Notes: generated by a model not told the origin, from the sequence alone. Shown: positions 16,111 to 26,158, counted from the stretch's first letter. The stretch is DNA of 37,103 nt from a virus (IMGVR_UViG_3300027819_000035:1-37103), one strand, 5' to 3'. Translations and numbers: made by a program.

Positions 16111-16806
16111 AAATTATTGTAGTAAACCGTAAGACTGACAATCATCTATTAAAGAGTTTACAAATTTTTTGGCATTGTTAACATCGGTTACTAAATTATT
16201 TATCTGCGTTATAATATCATCTGCTTGTGCTTGAGTTGAATACCCCCATGGAGTAGTTTGTGTTGCCGCTGTCGTTGATACGGCTGTTGACGAACGGTTT
16301 GGCATTGTGCTACTAGCTGTTGAATAAGTTTGAGTATAAGCAGAAGTCCGTACAATCGCTGTAACACCAAAAAATCCAATAAGTAAATTAGAACCACTTG
16401 CACCAAACTCAAACACTTTAACTCCATTGGCATTAACAGACGAAAGATCGCCTCCGCTCTGAATTCTAAGTATTAATATCCTAAAATGGTTCTGTGCAGA
16501 TGCTCCTATTCTTCCTAGATTTGAATCATAACCATAAATCCATGTAGCACTCTCGCCTCCAATATTTAATATTTCATTAACACCCGCGCTCTGTATATCA
16601 TAATATAATTTTGCATTATTTTCTTGAAATCTGGTTCCATCAAAAAAAATAATAGATTCATTGGTAAAACTTGTTTTGTTCGTTCCACCATTTGCTATTG
16701 ATAAAACTCCAGACGTATCAATATGTGTCGTTAGTCCAATCTTCCCCCAAGATGGCGCGGCTGCAACTCCGCCAGAAATTAAAGCATTTCCAGTCGCAAC
16801 ATCTGC
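15697..16806. repeat. 72-bp perfect direct repeat (15697-15768 and 16735-16806) within the ~1.03-kb tandem triplication
   Basis: TCCAATCTTCCCCCAAGATGGCGCGG...GTCGCAACATCTGC identical in both copies; partial third copy near 17771-17814. Confidence 0.9.
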
Positions 16807-17145
16807 CAGATTAGCGAACTTAGATGTTCCAGAGTTATAGTATAAAAGATCGCCATCTGTATAAGCCCCCGCATTATTAGTTCCACCTAGAGCGGTCGTC
16901 AAAAGACTTATACTCGTTAAATCATTGTTAGAATCCGTAGTTACAATTTGAGAAGCGGTTGTTGTTGATAATCTTACTTTTCCTCCCGGTGCAATCCTTA
17001 ATCTTTCCGCTGAATTTGGAAATGTGCCGTTTTTTACTATAATATTACCCGATGAATCTAGTGAAAATACGCCCAAAAAACTATTAGCAGAAGAATAAAC
17101 ATGTAATTCTTCGCCATCTAGTATCGTTAGTCGCGTTCGTGGCAT
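16114..17145 (-). CDS. Virion fibre protein, paralog 2 of 3
   Basis: First ~90 aa differ from paralog 3 at one residue; divergent middle; conserved C-terminus. Confidence 0.75.
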   Translation of the reverse strand: MPRTRLTILDGEELHVYSSANSFLGVFSLDSSGNIIVKNGTFPNSAERLRIAPGGKVRLSTTTASQIVTTDSNNDLTSISLLTTALGGTNNAGAYTDGDLLYYNSGTSKFANLADVATGNALISGGVAAAPSWGKIGLTTHIDTSGVLSIANGGTNKTSFTNESIIFFDGTRFQENNAKLYYDIQSAGVNEILNIGGESATWIYGYDSNLGRIGASAQNHFRILILRIQSGGDLSSVNANGVKVFEFGASGSNLLIGFFGVTAIVRTSAYTQTYSTASSTMPNRSSTAVSTTAATQTTPWGYSTQAQADDIITQINNLVTDVNNAKKFVNSLIDDCQSYGLLQ

Positions 17146-17148
17146 AAT

Positions 17149-18141
17149 TTATTGTAACAAACCATAAGATTGTAAATGATCACAAATCTGATTAGCGACT
17201 TTTTTAGCATCATCAAGATCACTTCTGAGATTATTTATCTGAGTAATAATATCATGTGCTTGTGCTTGAGTTGTATAAATCCACGGACTAGATTGTGTTG
17301 CCGCTGTAGTGGAAACAGTAGCGGCTGTTGTATTTTCCATTGTTCTGCTTGCCGTGGAATAAGTTTGTGTATAAGCAGATGGTCTAGCAAATGGGGTGGT
17401 TGTAAAAAATCCTATTTTAGATGTTCCATCGTTTTTTAATTCAAGAGCATTTGCATCTGCTGCGCTGTCAAAAAAACTAATTGATCCTGTTGAAACTTTA
17501 CTTATCGTAAGATTAGAAGACCAGTCAACCAGCGAATTTCCACTTGTGTCAGTTATTTTGGAACTATAGATTCTCATATTCTCACCAACCGTTAAATATG
17601 AATCGGTATTATTCCAGCTAAGATTTCCATTTGTTAATTTTGTTCCATCAAAATAAATAACCCCGCCAGAAGCAAAACTGCTATTGTTGGTCCCCCCGTT
17701 AAGAATCGGCAAAATACCTGATACATGTGTAGATAAATTGATTTTCCCCCAGGATGGAACAACCCCAATACCGCCAGAAATTAAAGCATTTCCGGTCGCA
17801 ACGTCTGCTAGATTATCAAAGCTTCCGCCGCTATAACGTAAAATATCCCCTGTAACAAACGTATTAGAATTTCCAAGTCCTCCCAAACTTGCAGAAAGAA
17901 CGGTTTGACTGTTAATATCGTTATTAGAGTCTGTGGTAATCACTCTTGAAGCAGAAGTTGTCGATAATCTAATTTTTCCACCCGGCGCAATTCTCATTCT
18001 CTCCGCCGAATTAGGAAATGTGCCATTTTTTATTATTATGTTCCCCGATGAATCTAACGAGAACGTCCCCAGAAATGAGTTATTAGAAGAAAACATTTCT
18101 AAAACTTCGCCATCTAACACTGTTAATCTTGTTCGTGCCAT
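17149..18141 (-). CDS. Virion fibre protein, paralog 1 of 3
   Basis: Same architecture, more diverged N-terminus. Confidence 0.75.
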   Translation of the reverse strand: MARTRLTVLDGEVLEMFSSNNSFLGTFSLDSSGNIIIKNGTFPNSAERMRIAPGGKIRLSTTSASRVITTDSNNDINSQTVLSASLGGLGNSNTFVTGDILRYSGGSFDNLADVATGNALISGGIGVVPSWGKINLSTHVSGILPILNGGTNNSSFASGGVIYFDGTKLTNGNLSWNNTDSYLTVGENMRIYSSKITDTSGNSLVDWSSNLTISKVSTGSISFFDSAADANALELKNDGTSKIGFFTTTPFARPSAYTQTYSTASRTMENTTAATVSTTAATQSSPWIYTTQAQAHDIITQINNLRSDLDDAKKVANQICDHLQSYGLLQ

Positions 18142-18155
18142 GTTATTTTTTTCCC

Positions 18156-19328
18156 TTATATCAGATTAAGAAAAGTTATTTGTGATCCCGACGCAACTCT
18201 ATAACTAAAATATACCCCGGTTCCATTCGCCTCCCAATAATCATTATCAAGTGTCCCGGAATTAGAATTTATTCTTTGAAAGACACCATTAACAAAAACC
18301 TGTAAACCCGTTTGCCCTGTTACATAAGATTTGTTATTAGGAATACCAACCATTCCAAGATAACCACTTACATAACCACCAGAAACATTTACAACAAAAG
18401 TTTCCCTGAAAGTTGGATTATCACCTGACCTTGGAATTTTAACTCCGCTCTGATATATCCCACCGTGAACATTTAAGTCACCGCCCGAAACATGTAGTTT
18501 ATAGGTAGGAGAAGAAATTCCAATTCCAATATTTCCGCCTTGCAAAATAACCAAATTAGGACTAGAAAATGTCGTCCCACCGACCGCTGTTGACGGAGTA
18601 ATCTCAAAACCATTATTAACATTATATTGTGCCCCCGCCAACCAATTATATTTAGTGGGTGTTCCACCATCTAAATAAGTAATACTTGTTCCACCGGCAG
18701 CCCCCAATGCTTTTAACCCAATTGTCTGTGAATTTATACCATTAATATCCAAAGCATAATTAGGTGTAGTAGTATTGATACCAACCGTACCACTAGATGT
18801 TATTAAAAATCTGTTCTGCATTACAGATGACGAATCAGCAACAAGAATATTAAATTGTCCATTTGTCCCCGCTGCTGCGTCAGAGGAAGAGTTTAATCTA
18901 ACAACGGTCTGAAAATCATCAGCATTATTTCTTCCGAATTCTATGTTTCCGCGAGTATTAGCATTATCTTTTGAAATTCTCAGAAATTTAGCGGTACTGC
19001 TATTATCAAATATTTCTAAATGTGCCGTTGGGGTGTTAGTATTTATTCCTATTTTATTATTTATTTGATACCCCGTAATGCCGCTGGCGCTCACAACCAA
19101 TCCGCTACCAGCAACAATCAAATTACCAGAATCAGAATATCTCAAATATCCAGAAACAGCAATTTGACCCCAGCCCGTTGTAGTGGCCACCCCTGTAGCC
19201 CCTGTATTTAGTATATATGTTCTGAGAGTATCATACTCTGTAAACATGGCCCCGTGCATTACTCCTGTTGGTTTAGGGTCTAATGATGATCCTACGAATC
19301 TATCGCCGACATATCTTCTTATAGCCAT
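18156..19328 (-). CDS. Tail fibre-like protein (390 aa)
   Basis: Three (I/V)GI(N/G)xxxPxxxL(E/D/H)(I/V) fibre repeats; C-terminal LQVFVNGVFQ..DY.E domain; directly after J. Confidence 0.7.
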   Translation of the reverse strand: MAIRRYVGDRFVGSSLDPKPTGVMHGAMFTEYDTLRTYILNTGATGVATTTGWGQIAVSGYLRYSDSGNLIVAGSGLVVSASGITGYQINNKIGINTNTPTAHLEIFDNSSTAKFLRISKDNANTRGNIEFGRNNADDFQTVVRLNSSSDAAAGTNGQFNILVADSSSVMQNRFLITSSGTVGINTTTPNYALDINGINSQTIGLKALGAAGGTSITYLDGGTPTKYNWLAGAQYNVNNGFEITPSTAVGGTTFSSPNLVILQGGNIGIGISSPTYKLHVSGGDLNVHGGIYQSGVKIPRSGDNPTFRETFVVNVSGGYVSGYLGMVGIPNNKSYVTGQTGLQVFVNGVFQRINSNSGTLDNDYWEANGTGVYFSYRVASGSQITFLNLI

Positions 19329-19364
19329 TTTTTTCTAATTATTTTTCTAAATTTATTCTAATTT

Positions 19365-22300
19365 TTAAGGTTCTCTTACGCTTCCTATTATACTTGCGTT
19401 TCCTTTTTTATCTATCATTACTGGTTGGACATAAGTAATACCATCTTCTGTTTCTCGTCTTACTCTGTATCTGCCATAATCTGCTGGATAATCTTCATCA
19501 AAAATTGTCATTTCTTTTGTAATGTCTAATTGCATTAAACTTCCTGAAGGTAAAACTGGTACTAATCTTGAAAGAGGAAGTCCTGTTATTACTCCTGTAT
19601 ATAAGTTAGGATAATTTTTAATGATACCATCATCAAATTTATCATAAAAACCAACCATGCAGTAACCTGTTTTTACATTTGTAAGTCCCATTGGAATGTC
19701 AATATATTTTGAATCAAAATCATAAATAAATTTTCCAGTAGTAATGTTAACCTGTGTAGGAATCTGACCGGTAATATTCTGTCCTGAAAAGATTCCTGTG
19801 CTAGCAAATAAATAACCACCGACTACATCTGTTGGAATGTTACCCGCCTTAAAGTGAATATTGATAGCCCCATGAGCATCAATAAATTGTGAAGTGGTAA
19901 ATCCACCCAAATTATTAGTACCACTACTTAATTGTATTCCAGTTACTTTAGCATTATTAACTTCAAAAATATCATAACCATAAGGATTAGACCAAGTTTC
20001 CGCCAAAGGAGATGATAAGAAATTCCCCGCCGATGTTGCGCCGGAAGCATTAACAGCTTCAACAACAACGTCATATCTTCTCATTGGGCCACCAGCAATT
20101 GTCATGTTGTTATCAAAAGTGAAAATATATTTCAATTCTGACGGGTCTGGTTCTAGTCCTGTTTCCTGAAAATAAATAGTAGAAGTAGGAGTATTAGAAG
20201 ACGACGGCGATCTAAAACTAACTCTATACTTAAAATTAGACGGAATAGAAGCGTCTTCATTTATCCCTGCCTGCCAAATAAACGCTGGGTCAGTAATGAA
20301 ATACTCCCCTGACTGTTTTGTTCCTGCTGTATTAAGGCCAGTATTAGTATCAAAAGTAAGAGACGAAATCACTACATCTTGGATTGGATTAATACCTAAA
20401 ACTTCAATATTGCCCGACGCACAGGTAGATGAAAAAAGATTAACATCATCATTTACAGAATAAACTCTAAAAAAGTAAGTCCCTGATTCGGCTGGAAAGT
20501 AAGTTTCGTGAGTAGTTGTTACTGGTAAATTAGCTATAAGTGTTTGCTCGTTAGGAACTCCGGGGGTATTAGTAAAATCTCCTTGTTTCCCATAAACTCT
20601 ATAACTTGTAACGCCAGAATAATTATCTACCACAAATGAGTAATCTATTATTTTTGTTCCTACTGTATTTTTAGGAGAATAAATACTTAATGTTAAAGCA
20701 GAAGGGGCCGCTGGTCTTATTGCGTAGTCTTGTTGTTTTCTATCAAATCCAAGCCCTGATTCTATTTCTACATATTTTTGTTCTGCATATTGTAAGCCTA
20801 CTATTGCAAATTTGTTATCATCCTTCTCTTCTATCTTTATTGCTCTATAATAATCAAAATTAGTATCTGAAAAATTGAAAGAATCGTTTTGGTTTCTGAT
20901 TCCTGATTTCAATTCCACACTCCAGACTAAATTACCAGTAAAAGAATAATCACCTGTATTAAAAGGTTCAAAAATATTAATAGTTGTTCGTTCGCCGTTT
21001 CCATTTACCCCTGTATTGGCCTGGATTCCTGTAAATGTAAAATTTTGAATTTGAGTATTTCTAATTCCAGAAAAATCATTAGAAGTTAATCCTGAAACCA
21101 AAGAAGTATCATAAAAATATCCAGGAGTAAGAACAGATAAATTATAAAAAGTTCCAGTTTCTAAGGTAATTTTATCATCAAGGGTAATTTGACCGCTGGT
21201 TAAATAATTATCTATTCTATATGTCCGACCGGCAAACCTAGAAGATTTTCTATTCTGATCAAAAGTCTTGAATACGTCGCCGGGTCTTAAATAAGCTCCT
21301 TCTAGTCCAGCTACGAAACTTATTGTTTCTGTCTCTAAGGTTTCACTCAATAAAGCCCATCGGCCAAATCTTACAGCCTGTCCACGACTAGTACAACCAA
21401 ATGCTGTTAATTCTAACTCTCTTATTCCGTAACGTCTTATTCCGTCTATATCTTCAACATATTCAATTCCTGGTTTGTAAAAATTGGTTCTGTCATTATA
21501 TCTAACAATTGCCACAGTATGTCTTACGCGCCGACTGCTTGAAGAATAAGCAAAATCACCATTCTCAACATTCGCATTAGTAAATTGAACTATTGGAATT
21601 TTGGGTGAATCCTGAACTGTATAAATTAATCCCGCTGAATAATAAGTTATAGCTCTAAATATACTTGCAAAATCATTGATTACTTTATAAGCTTCTTCTC
21701 TACTATTAATAATTAAGTTACAAGTAAACCTTGGTTCTAGTTGTCCAAACCCGTCGGGAACAAGAGTGTCACAGTATTTAGAGATTTCATAAAGAGTCCA
21801 TTTGTCAATAAAAGATTCATCAATATATTTTCCTAAACCATATCTTTGATTAGTTAATAAATCATAAAAACACCAAACAGGATTATCTGTCCAAAACTTA
21901 TCTGCTCTAAATGTTCCATCCCACCCCGCCGCTCCTTCTGTATAGGTTCTTACAATAGGATCATAAGTAGAAGGAATTTGAACCTTTAATAGCTTACAGT
22001 CAAAAGCTCTTTCGGGAACTTGAGCAAAATATTCCGCGCTAAATCTTGATCTAACAATTGCTGAATTCGGATAAACATAGGTGTCACCATAAATTTCGGT
22101 AATACTATCAATAAAGGTTTGATTACGAATATTATTAGAGATTGATTCAGGGGTTACTCTTTGTATTTTAATTTCCCAGCCGACGAATTGTCTATTGTTT
22201 TTAATGTTGTCGGTATAGAAATCTATTCTGGTTGATCTAATATATCCATAGGTTATTTTTCCTTCTATTGTTTCATCTCTTCCTAAAATAAAACCCGTTG

Positions 22301-22994
22301 GATCACTAGCAACGGCTTCGGCAGACGTTGTAAAAGAAGTAGAAGTAGTTCCTAAAGTAGAAAAAATAGCTCTATAAAAAATCTTATAATTAACTTTTGT
22401 GTCAACCGTATCACCAAATCTTTCACCCTTGATAATACTCTCAAATAATTGAGCAACCTTAACATTAACAACTACTCCTTTACATTCCTTGTTAAATATA
22501 CGATAATACTTGGTATAATCTTTAACGTCTATTAATGCGCCTTTAGAATCTGTTTCCGAACCTCTTAGTCTTTCTCCTATTGTACGGCTTACGGTTAATT
22601 CTGGATTTGCTTGATTTACTAAAGAACCGTTTGGTGTTCCAACAGTATAAGAACAATCAACTCTCTGGAAATTATACTTATTATTACTATTAATTACGGG
22701 AACCTGATTCCAATAAACTGACCTCAAAAACTGTGTTCCGGTTAATCCATAGGTTCCAGAAAAAGGATAAAAAATACCAGTTTTATAACCTAGATCGCCA
22801 GAATTTCCCGAAAAAACATATTCCCCGCTAACTAAACCTTCAATTGTTCCTTCAGATATTAAATCCAAAATCTCAACTTCAGATAAAGATAAAGCACCGC
22901 TTACCAGATTAACCCCATTAACACCAGTTTGACCCCTAATTCCTTCCGAAACTTCTACAGGGTATCTTGGTTCTTGTGTTGCCGGGGTTGCCAT
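19365..22994 (-). CDS. Tail tip / central fibre protein, lambda gpJ-like
   Basis: DLISEGTIEGL, YPNSA, WDGTF..WTDNPVWCFYDLLTNQRYGLG, EPRFTCN, AFGCTSRGQA.R.GRW motifs; FN3-like C-terminal region. Confidence 0.93.
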   Translation of the reverse strand: MATPATQEPRYPVEVSEGIRGQTGVNGVNLVSGALSLSEVEILDLISEGTIEGLVSGEYVFSGNSGDLGYKTGIFYPFSGTYGLTGTQFLRSVYWNQVPVINSNNKYNFQRVDCSYTVGTPNGSLVNQANPELTVSRTIGERLRGSETDSKGALIDVKDYTKYYRIFNKECKGVVVNVKVAQLFESIIKGERFGDTVDTKVNYKIFYRAIFSTLGTTSTSFTTSAEAVASDPTGFILGRDETIEGKITYGYIRSTRIDFYTDNIKNNRQFVGWEIKIQRVTPESISNNIRNQTFIDSITEIYGDTYVYPNSAIVRSRFSAEYFAQVPERAFDCKLLKVQIPSTYDPIVRTYTEGAAGWDGTFRADKFWTDNPVWCFYDLLTNQRYGLGKYIDESFIDKWTLYEISKYCDTLVPDGFGQLEPRFTCNLIINSREEAYKVINDFASIFRAITYYSAGLIYTVQDSPKIPIVQFTNANVENGDFAYSSSSRRVRHTVAIVRYNDRTNFYKPGIEYVEDIDGIRRYGIRELELTAFGCTSRGQAVRFGRWALLSETLETETISFVAGLEGAYLRPGDVFKTFDQNRKSSRFAGRTYRIDNYLTSGQITLDDKITLETGTFYNLSVLTPGYFYDTSLVSGLTSNDFSGIRNTQIQNFTFTGIQANTGVNGNGERTTINIFEPFNTGDYSFTGNLVWSVELKSGIRNQNDSFNFSDTNFDYYRAIKIEEKDDNKFAIVGLQYAEQKYVEIESGLGFDRKQQDYAIRPAAPSALTLSIYSPKNTVGTKIIDYSFVVDNYSGVTSYRVYGKQGDFTNTPGVPNEQTLIANLPVTTTHETYFPAESGTYFFRVYSVNDDVNLFSSTCASGNIEVLGINPIQDVVISSLTFDTNTGLNTAGTKQSGEYFITDPAFIWQAGINEDASIPSNFKYRVSFRSPSSSNTPTSTIYFQETGLEPDPSELKYIFTFDNNMTIAGGPMRRYDVVVEAVNASGATSAGNFLSSPLAETWSNPYGYDIFEVNNAKVTGIQLSSGTNNLGGFTTSQFIDAHGAINIHFKAGNIPTDVVGGYLFASTGIFSGQNITGQIPTQVNITTGKFIYDFDSKYIDIPMGLTNVKTGYCMVGFYDKFDDGIIKNYPNLYTGVITGLPLSRLVPVLPSGSLMQLDITKEMTIFDEDYPADYGRYRVRRETEDGITYVQPVMIDKKGNASIIGSVREP

Positions 22995-22995
22995 A

Positions 22996-23742
22996 TTAAT
23001 TCAACAAATAATTAGCACTCAAAGTTATTCCACCGCCCCCTCCGCCTCCAGGATAAGAAGTTGTATTAATAGTTTTACCAGCAGCATCAATATTAGAAAT
23101 AACATAAGCCGCTGAAACAACTTGGCTTCCTACCAATAATCGGCCATAACCAACAGGAACAGGACCGCCTTCGCGAGTAACATTTTGCGGTCCATTAAAT
23201 AAATAAGAAGTTCTACCCGTTGCGCCATCAATTTCTCTAAAATCTTGAAATTTTGGGGGGGTAGTCAAAAGAGAAATAATCCCACCAGCTATTAAACCTA
23301 TACCAGCCATAATTAAAGCAGTCGCAACAGGTGTTCCGCCTCCATAAGTACCAACAGCAACTAATATCCCAACTATTACCAATATAACTCCAATAATAAC
23401 AGTAAAAATACCCATCAGGTCTTCATCAGACCCCTCTAATACAGGGACTATATCTATTGTCTTTAAGTTCCTATGTGTCATCATTAATTCTGATTTTTTT
23501 ATTGTCTCTGGTTTATTTATATCAATGGGTTCTTCTGAAATAAAATCTTTTTTATTTATTAATACTCTGTACTTCAAGCCTTTTTTATCATTTTCTAGAA
23601 GAAATTTGTATAATTTATGACCCGAATTAGTTTCGACCGACCTAATTGCTTCACTTACAGAAGACACATTTGCTCGGTAAATTTTATTTCCTAAATAATC
23701 ACCAATCTGCCCGTGCATTGTAATTTCTACCAAATTATTCAT
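22996..23742 (-). CDS. Tail assembly protein, lambda gpI-like
   Basis: Ubiquitin-like N-domain ending IDIVPVLEGS, hydrophobic helices, SYLFNGPQN..EGGPVPVGYGRLLVGSQVVS. Confidence 0.92.
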   Translation of the reverse strand: MNNLVEITMHGQIGDYLGNKIYRANVSSVSEAIRSVETNSGHKLYKFLLENDKKGLKYRVLINKKDFISEEPIDINKPETIKKSELMMTHRNLKTIDIVPVLEGSDEDLMGIFTVIIGVILVIVGILVAVGTYGGGTPVATALIMAGIGLIAGGIISLLTTPPKFQDFREIDGATGRTSYLFNGPQNVTREGGPVPVGYGRLLVGSQVVSAAYVISNIDAAGKTINTTSYPGGGGGGGITLSANYLLN

Positions 23743-24497
23743 CTTGATATTAATTGTTTTTCTATTATCTTTTTATGTCTTAGAACTATACTTACTCTAT
23801 CTCTTAAACCTGTTTCAAATATGTCTATACACGAATCCTTCTTTCTTGTATGATGCAAAACTGTATCATTTCCAAGATAAATTCCAAGGTGCCCTGGAAA
23901 TTCAGATTTTTCACTCTTAAATAACAACAAATCTCCTTTCCTCATTATTTTTAACTTATCGTCATCTATCGGGCCGTTGATTAATTTAATAAATCCTTCC
24001 TTCTCATATTTTTCTAAGAAAATTCCTGGATTTGTTTTTTGCCAGTCTTTGTCTCTTTCATAGTCAAATATTTCTATGTTTTGTTCATTTTTATAATAGT
24101 CTTTAATTATAGAAAAACAATCATTCTTTCCTATCTCAAATTTTCTACCTGTGTATTTGTTTTCCGCGCTGTTAGGATAATAGATTTTGAAGCTGTCTTT
24201 TTCTAAGCAATATAAAATATAAGTCAAATTATGACCATTACTGTTTATAATATCAAAAGAAGAAAAATCAGGATTAGAAACTTGAGAATGATAAACCGCC
24301 CGGATTTCTCCTAACTCTGACGCTTTCACAAAATCAAAAGGATCAATAGAAAATCTGTGTTCATTTTTACAAAGATTTCTACATCTAAAAACTTGTAAAG
24401 AATTAGAAGAAAAAATAACAAAACCACAAACTTCAGAATTGGGGAACTCTAAAGAATGAGTCTTAATACCTGATTTAATTGTGTCGTTAAGGAACAT
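23739..24497 (-). CDS. Tail assembly protein, lambda gpK-like (JAB + NlpC/P60)
   Basis: EVCGFV, VYHSQ..FSSFD; GKNDCFSIIKDYY, HLGIYLG..VLHH. Confidence 0.9.
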   Translation of the reverse strand: MFLNDTIKSGIKTHSLEFPNSEVCGFVIFSSNSLQVFRCRNLCKNEHRFSIDPFDFVKASELGEIRAVYHSQVSNPDFSSFDIINSNGHNLTYILYCLEKDSFKIYYPNSAENKYTGRKFEIGKNDCFSIIKDYYKNEQNIEIFDYERDKDWQKTNPGIFLEKYEKEGFIKLINGPIDDDKLKIMRKGDLLLFKSEKSEFPGHLGIYLGNDTVLHHTRKKDSCIDIFETGLRDRVSIVLRHKKIIEKQLISR

Positions 24498-25056
24498 GTT
24501 TCCAACATTCTCTTTTTAGGACATGATACATTCCTGCTCTACTCATTCCGTATATTTTGCTAATTTTAGCAATGTCTTTTATTGTATAATTTTTTCTTAT
24601 AAAAATAACATCTGATTCTTTTAGCTTAGAAGAAGGACTATCTTCACCTTTTAATTTTGGAGGTCTAAGTCTTCCATGAACCAAAGAGTGCTGAGAGTTT
24701 CCTTTGGGGGTAATCCATTCTAAATTTTCTAGACTATTATCTAAAGTATTAAAATTTATATGATTAATATGTGGCAAATTATTAGGATTAGGAATAAAAG
24801 CCTCTGCAATTAATCTATGAACTTTCATGTGTTTTCTTTTTTTATTCTTATATAGATCAACCACATAATAATAACTATCTCCAGTCTGTGATGTATTTCT
24901 ACTTTCCTGTTGTTTCATATAAATTTCTTTTACAGGCTGTCGTCCTTTACATGGTCTTGCTTTAGACTTTACTCTTCCTAAGTTAGAGATTTCGTACTCG
25001 TTTTCATAGTTTAAGATAGGTTTCCAGATTTCGTTAGTATTTATTGTTTCATTCAT
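24487..25056 (-). CDS. NUMOD4-HNH homing endonuclease
   Basis: EIWKPI..YEISNLGRVKS (NUMOD4), VHRLIAEAFIPNP..INHIN..DN..NLEWIT..N..H (HNH_3), C-terminal HTH. Confidence 0.93.
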   Translation of the reverse strand: MNETINTNEIWKPILNYENEYEISNLGRVKSKARPCKGRQPVKEIYMKQQESRNTSQTGDSYYYVVDLYKNKKRKHMKVHRLIAEAFIPNPNNLPHINHINFNTLDNSLENLEWITPKGNSQHSLVHGRLRPPKLKGEDSPSSKLKESDVIFIRKNYTIKDIAKISKIYGMSRAGMYHVLKRECWKHVP

Positions 25057-25087
25057 ATAAATATATTACTATAAGTTGTTTATAAAA

Positions 25088-26146
25088 TCAATTAAATTTT
25101 GATACTGAAGGAAAGCCGTTGAACATCAATCTGGACTTTACCCACCCAGAAGTACCTGGAATTACTGCGCCATTTTCCCCAAATCTTAACTTACATCCTG
25201 ATACTAATTTAGAACATTGTTCCGATTCCCAGTGGCGGGTATCAGGGGGCGCAAAACTTGGATTATTAGTTTTTGCAACAAAATAGTATTTTATTCCTCC
25301 TTTTTCTATGAAAACTCCGTCACCACGAACATATAACGTCCCCGGCTCAAAACGACCCCGATCAACGATTGCTGTTATCTGTAATATATCTACAATTTTT
25401 TCATCCTTAATGTTTGCCACTGCGGGCGCTTCGTCTGGTAGAATAGAAGTTCCTAGTTTACCATGAATTTTATCTACCCTCCGAGATTTTGCTTCATAAA
25501 GACAGCCTTCGGCTCTGTAACGTGCTGGACATCTGTTACTTACAACTAATCGGCCCGGTAATTTAATTTCTTGTAAATCCAGAATAGAAGCTAATTCCCA
25601 CTCAATAAGAAACTTACTTTCATTTGATTTTCTATCTATATAGTAAATGTCTCTGGGAAACTCAACCTGTGAGTCTGGTTCCCATTCATCTGAAGTAATA
25701 TCTGATAAATAATTTTTTCTATCTAAATATTTAGCAAATGTTCTTATTCTCGTTACCTTGGCTCCAGCTAAATCTCCGAGAGAGTACAGTTTTTCTTTTA
25801 ATAATGATAAAGCAGAAACCCCTTCTTCGTTTACTGTCAAAGATAATTTGGGGGTTGGAAGTGTCCCACGGGCATTTAATTCAAACCCTTCTGCTCTAAT
25901 CGGCGCGGCAATATATTCTTCCCCTTGCCAAAAAATACTATTGTTTATTAATTTAACATTATTATGAAATCTAAATACTGTGTTTCCTTTGTTGGTTGCT
26001 TTCTGTGATTCTGTTATTAAACCAATATCAAAAGAAATGTCTGTAGTATCTATGATAAAAAGAGAAATAAGTGCGCTACTGGGAACTAATGAAAAAGCTT
26101 CCTTATTAAGTTTCTTTAATGATTCTCTGGCTTGTTGTTTTTCCAT
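25088..26146 (-). CDS. Minor tail protein, lambda gpL-like
   Basis: IFWQGEEY, LPTPKLS, GAKVTRIRTFAKYLD, four Cys (C..YR..GC; CSK..GCKLRF), ends FNGFP. Confidence 0.92.
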   Translation of the reverse strand: MEKQQARESLKKLNKEAFSLVPSSALISLFIIDTTDISFDIGLITESQKATNKGNTVFRFHNNVKLINNSIFWQGEEYIAAPIRAEGFELNARGTLPTPKLSLTVNEEGVSALSLLKEKLYSLGDLAGAKVTRIRTFAKYLDRKNYLSDITSDEWEPDSQVEFPRDIYYIDRKSNESKFLIEWELASILDLQEIKLPGRLVVSNRCPARYRAEGCLYEAKSRRVDKIHGKLGTSILPDEAPAVANIKDEKIVDILQITAIVDRGRFEPGTLYVRGDGVFIEKGGIKYYFVAKTNNPSFAPPDTRHWESEQCSKLVSGCKLRFGENGAVIPGTSGWVKSRLMFNGFPSVSKFN

Positions 26147-26158
26147 TTTTTATTTCTT

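Noticed and set aside
15103-18141. Diversity-generating retroelement TR/VR pair
   Set aside because: Differences between copies are mostly synonymous and not adenine-specific, all copies are full genes, and no reverse transcriptase is in the window.
19329-19364. Three short TTCTAA repeats between J and the fibre gene
   Set aside because: Low-complexity AT-rich spacer, expected by chance.
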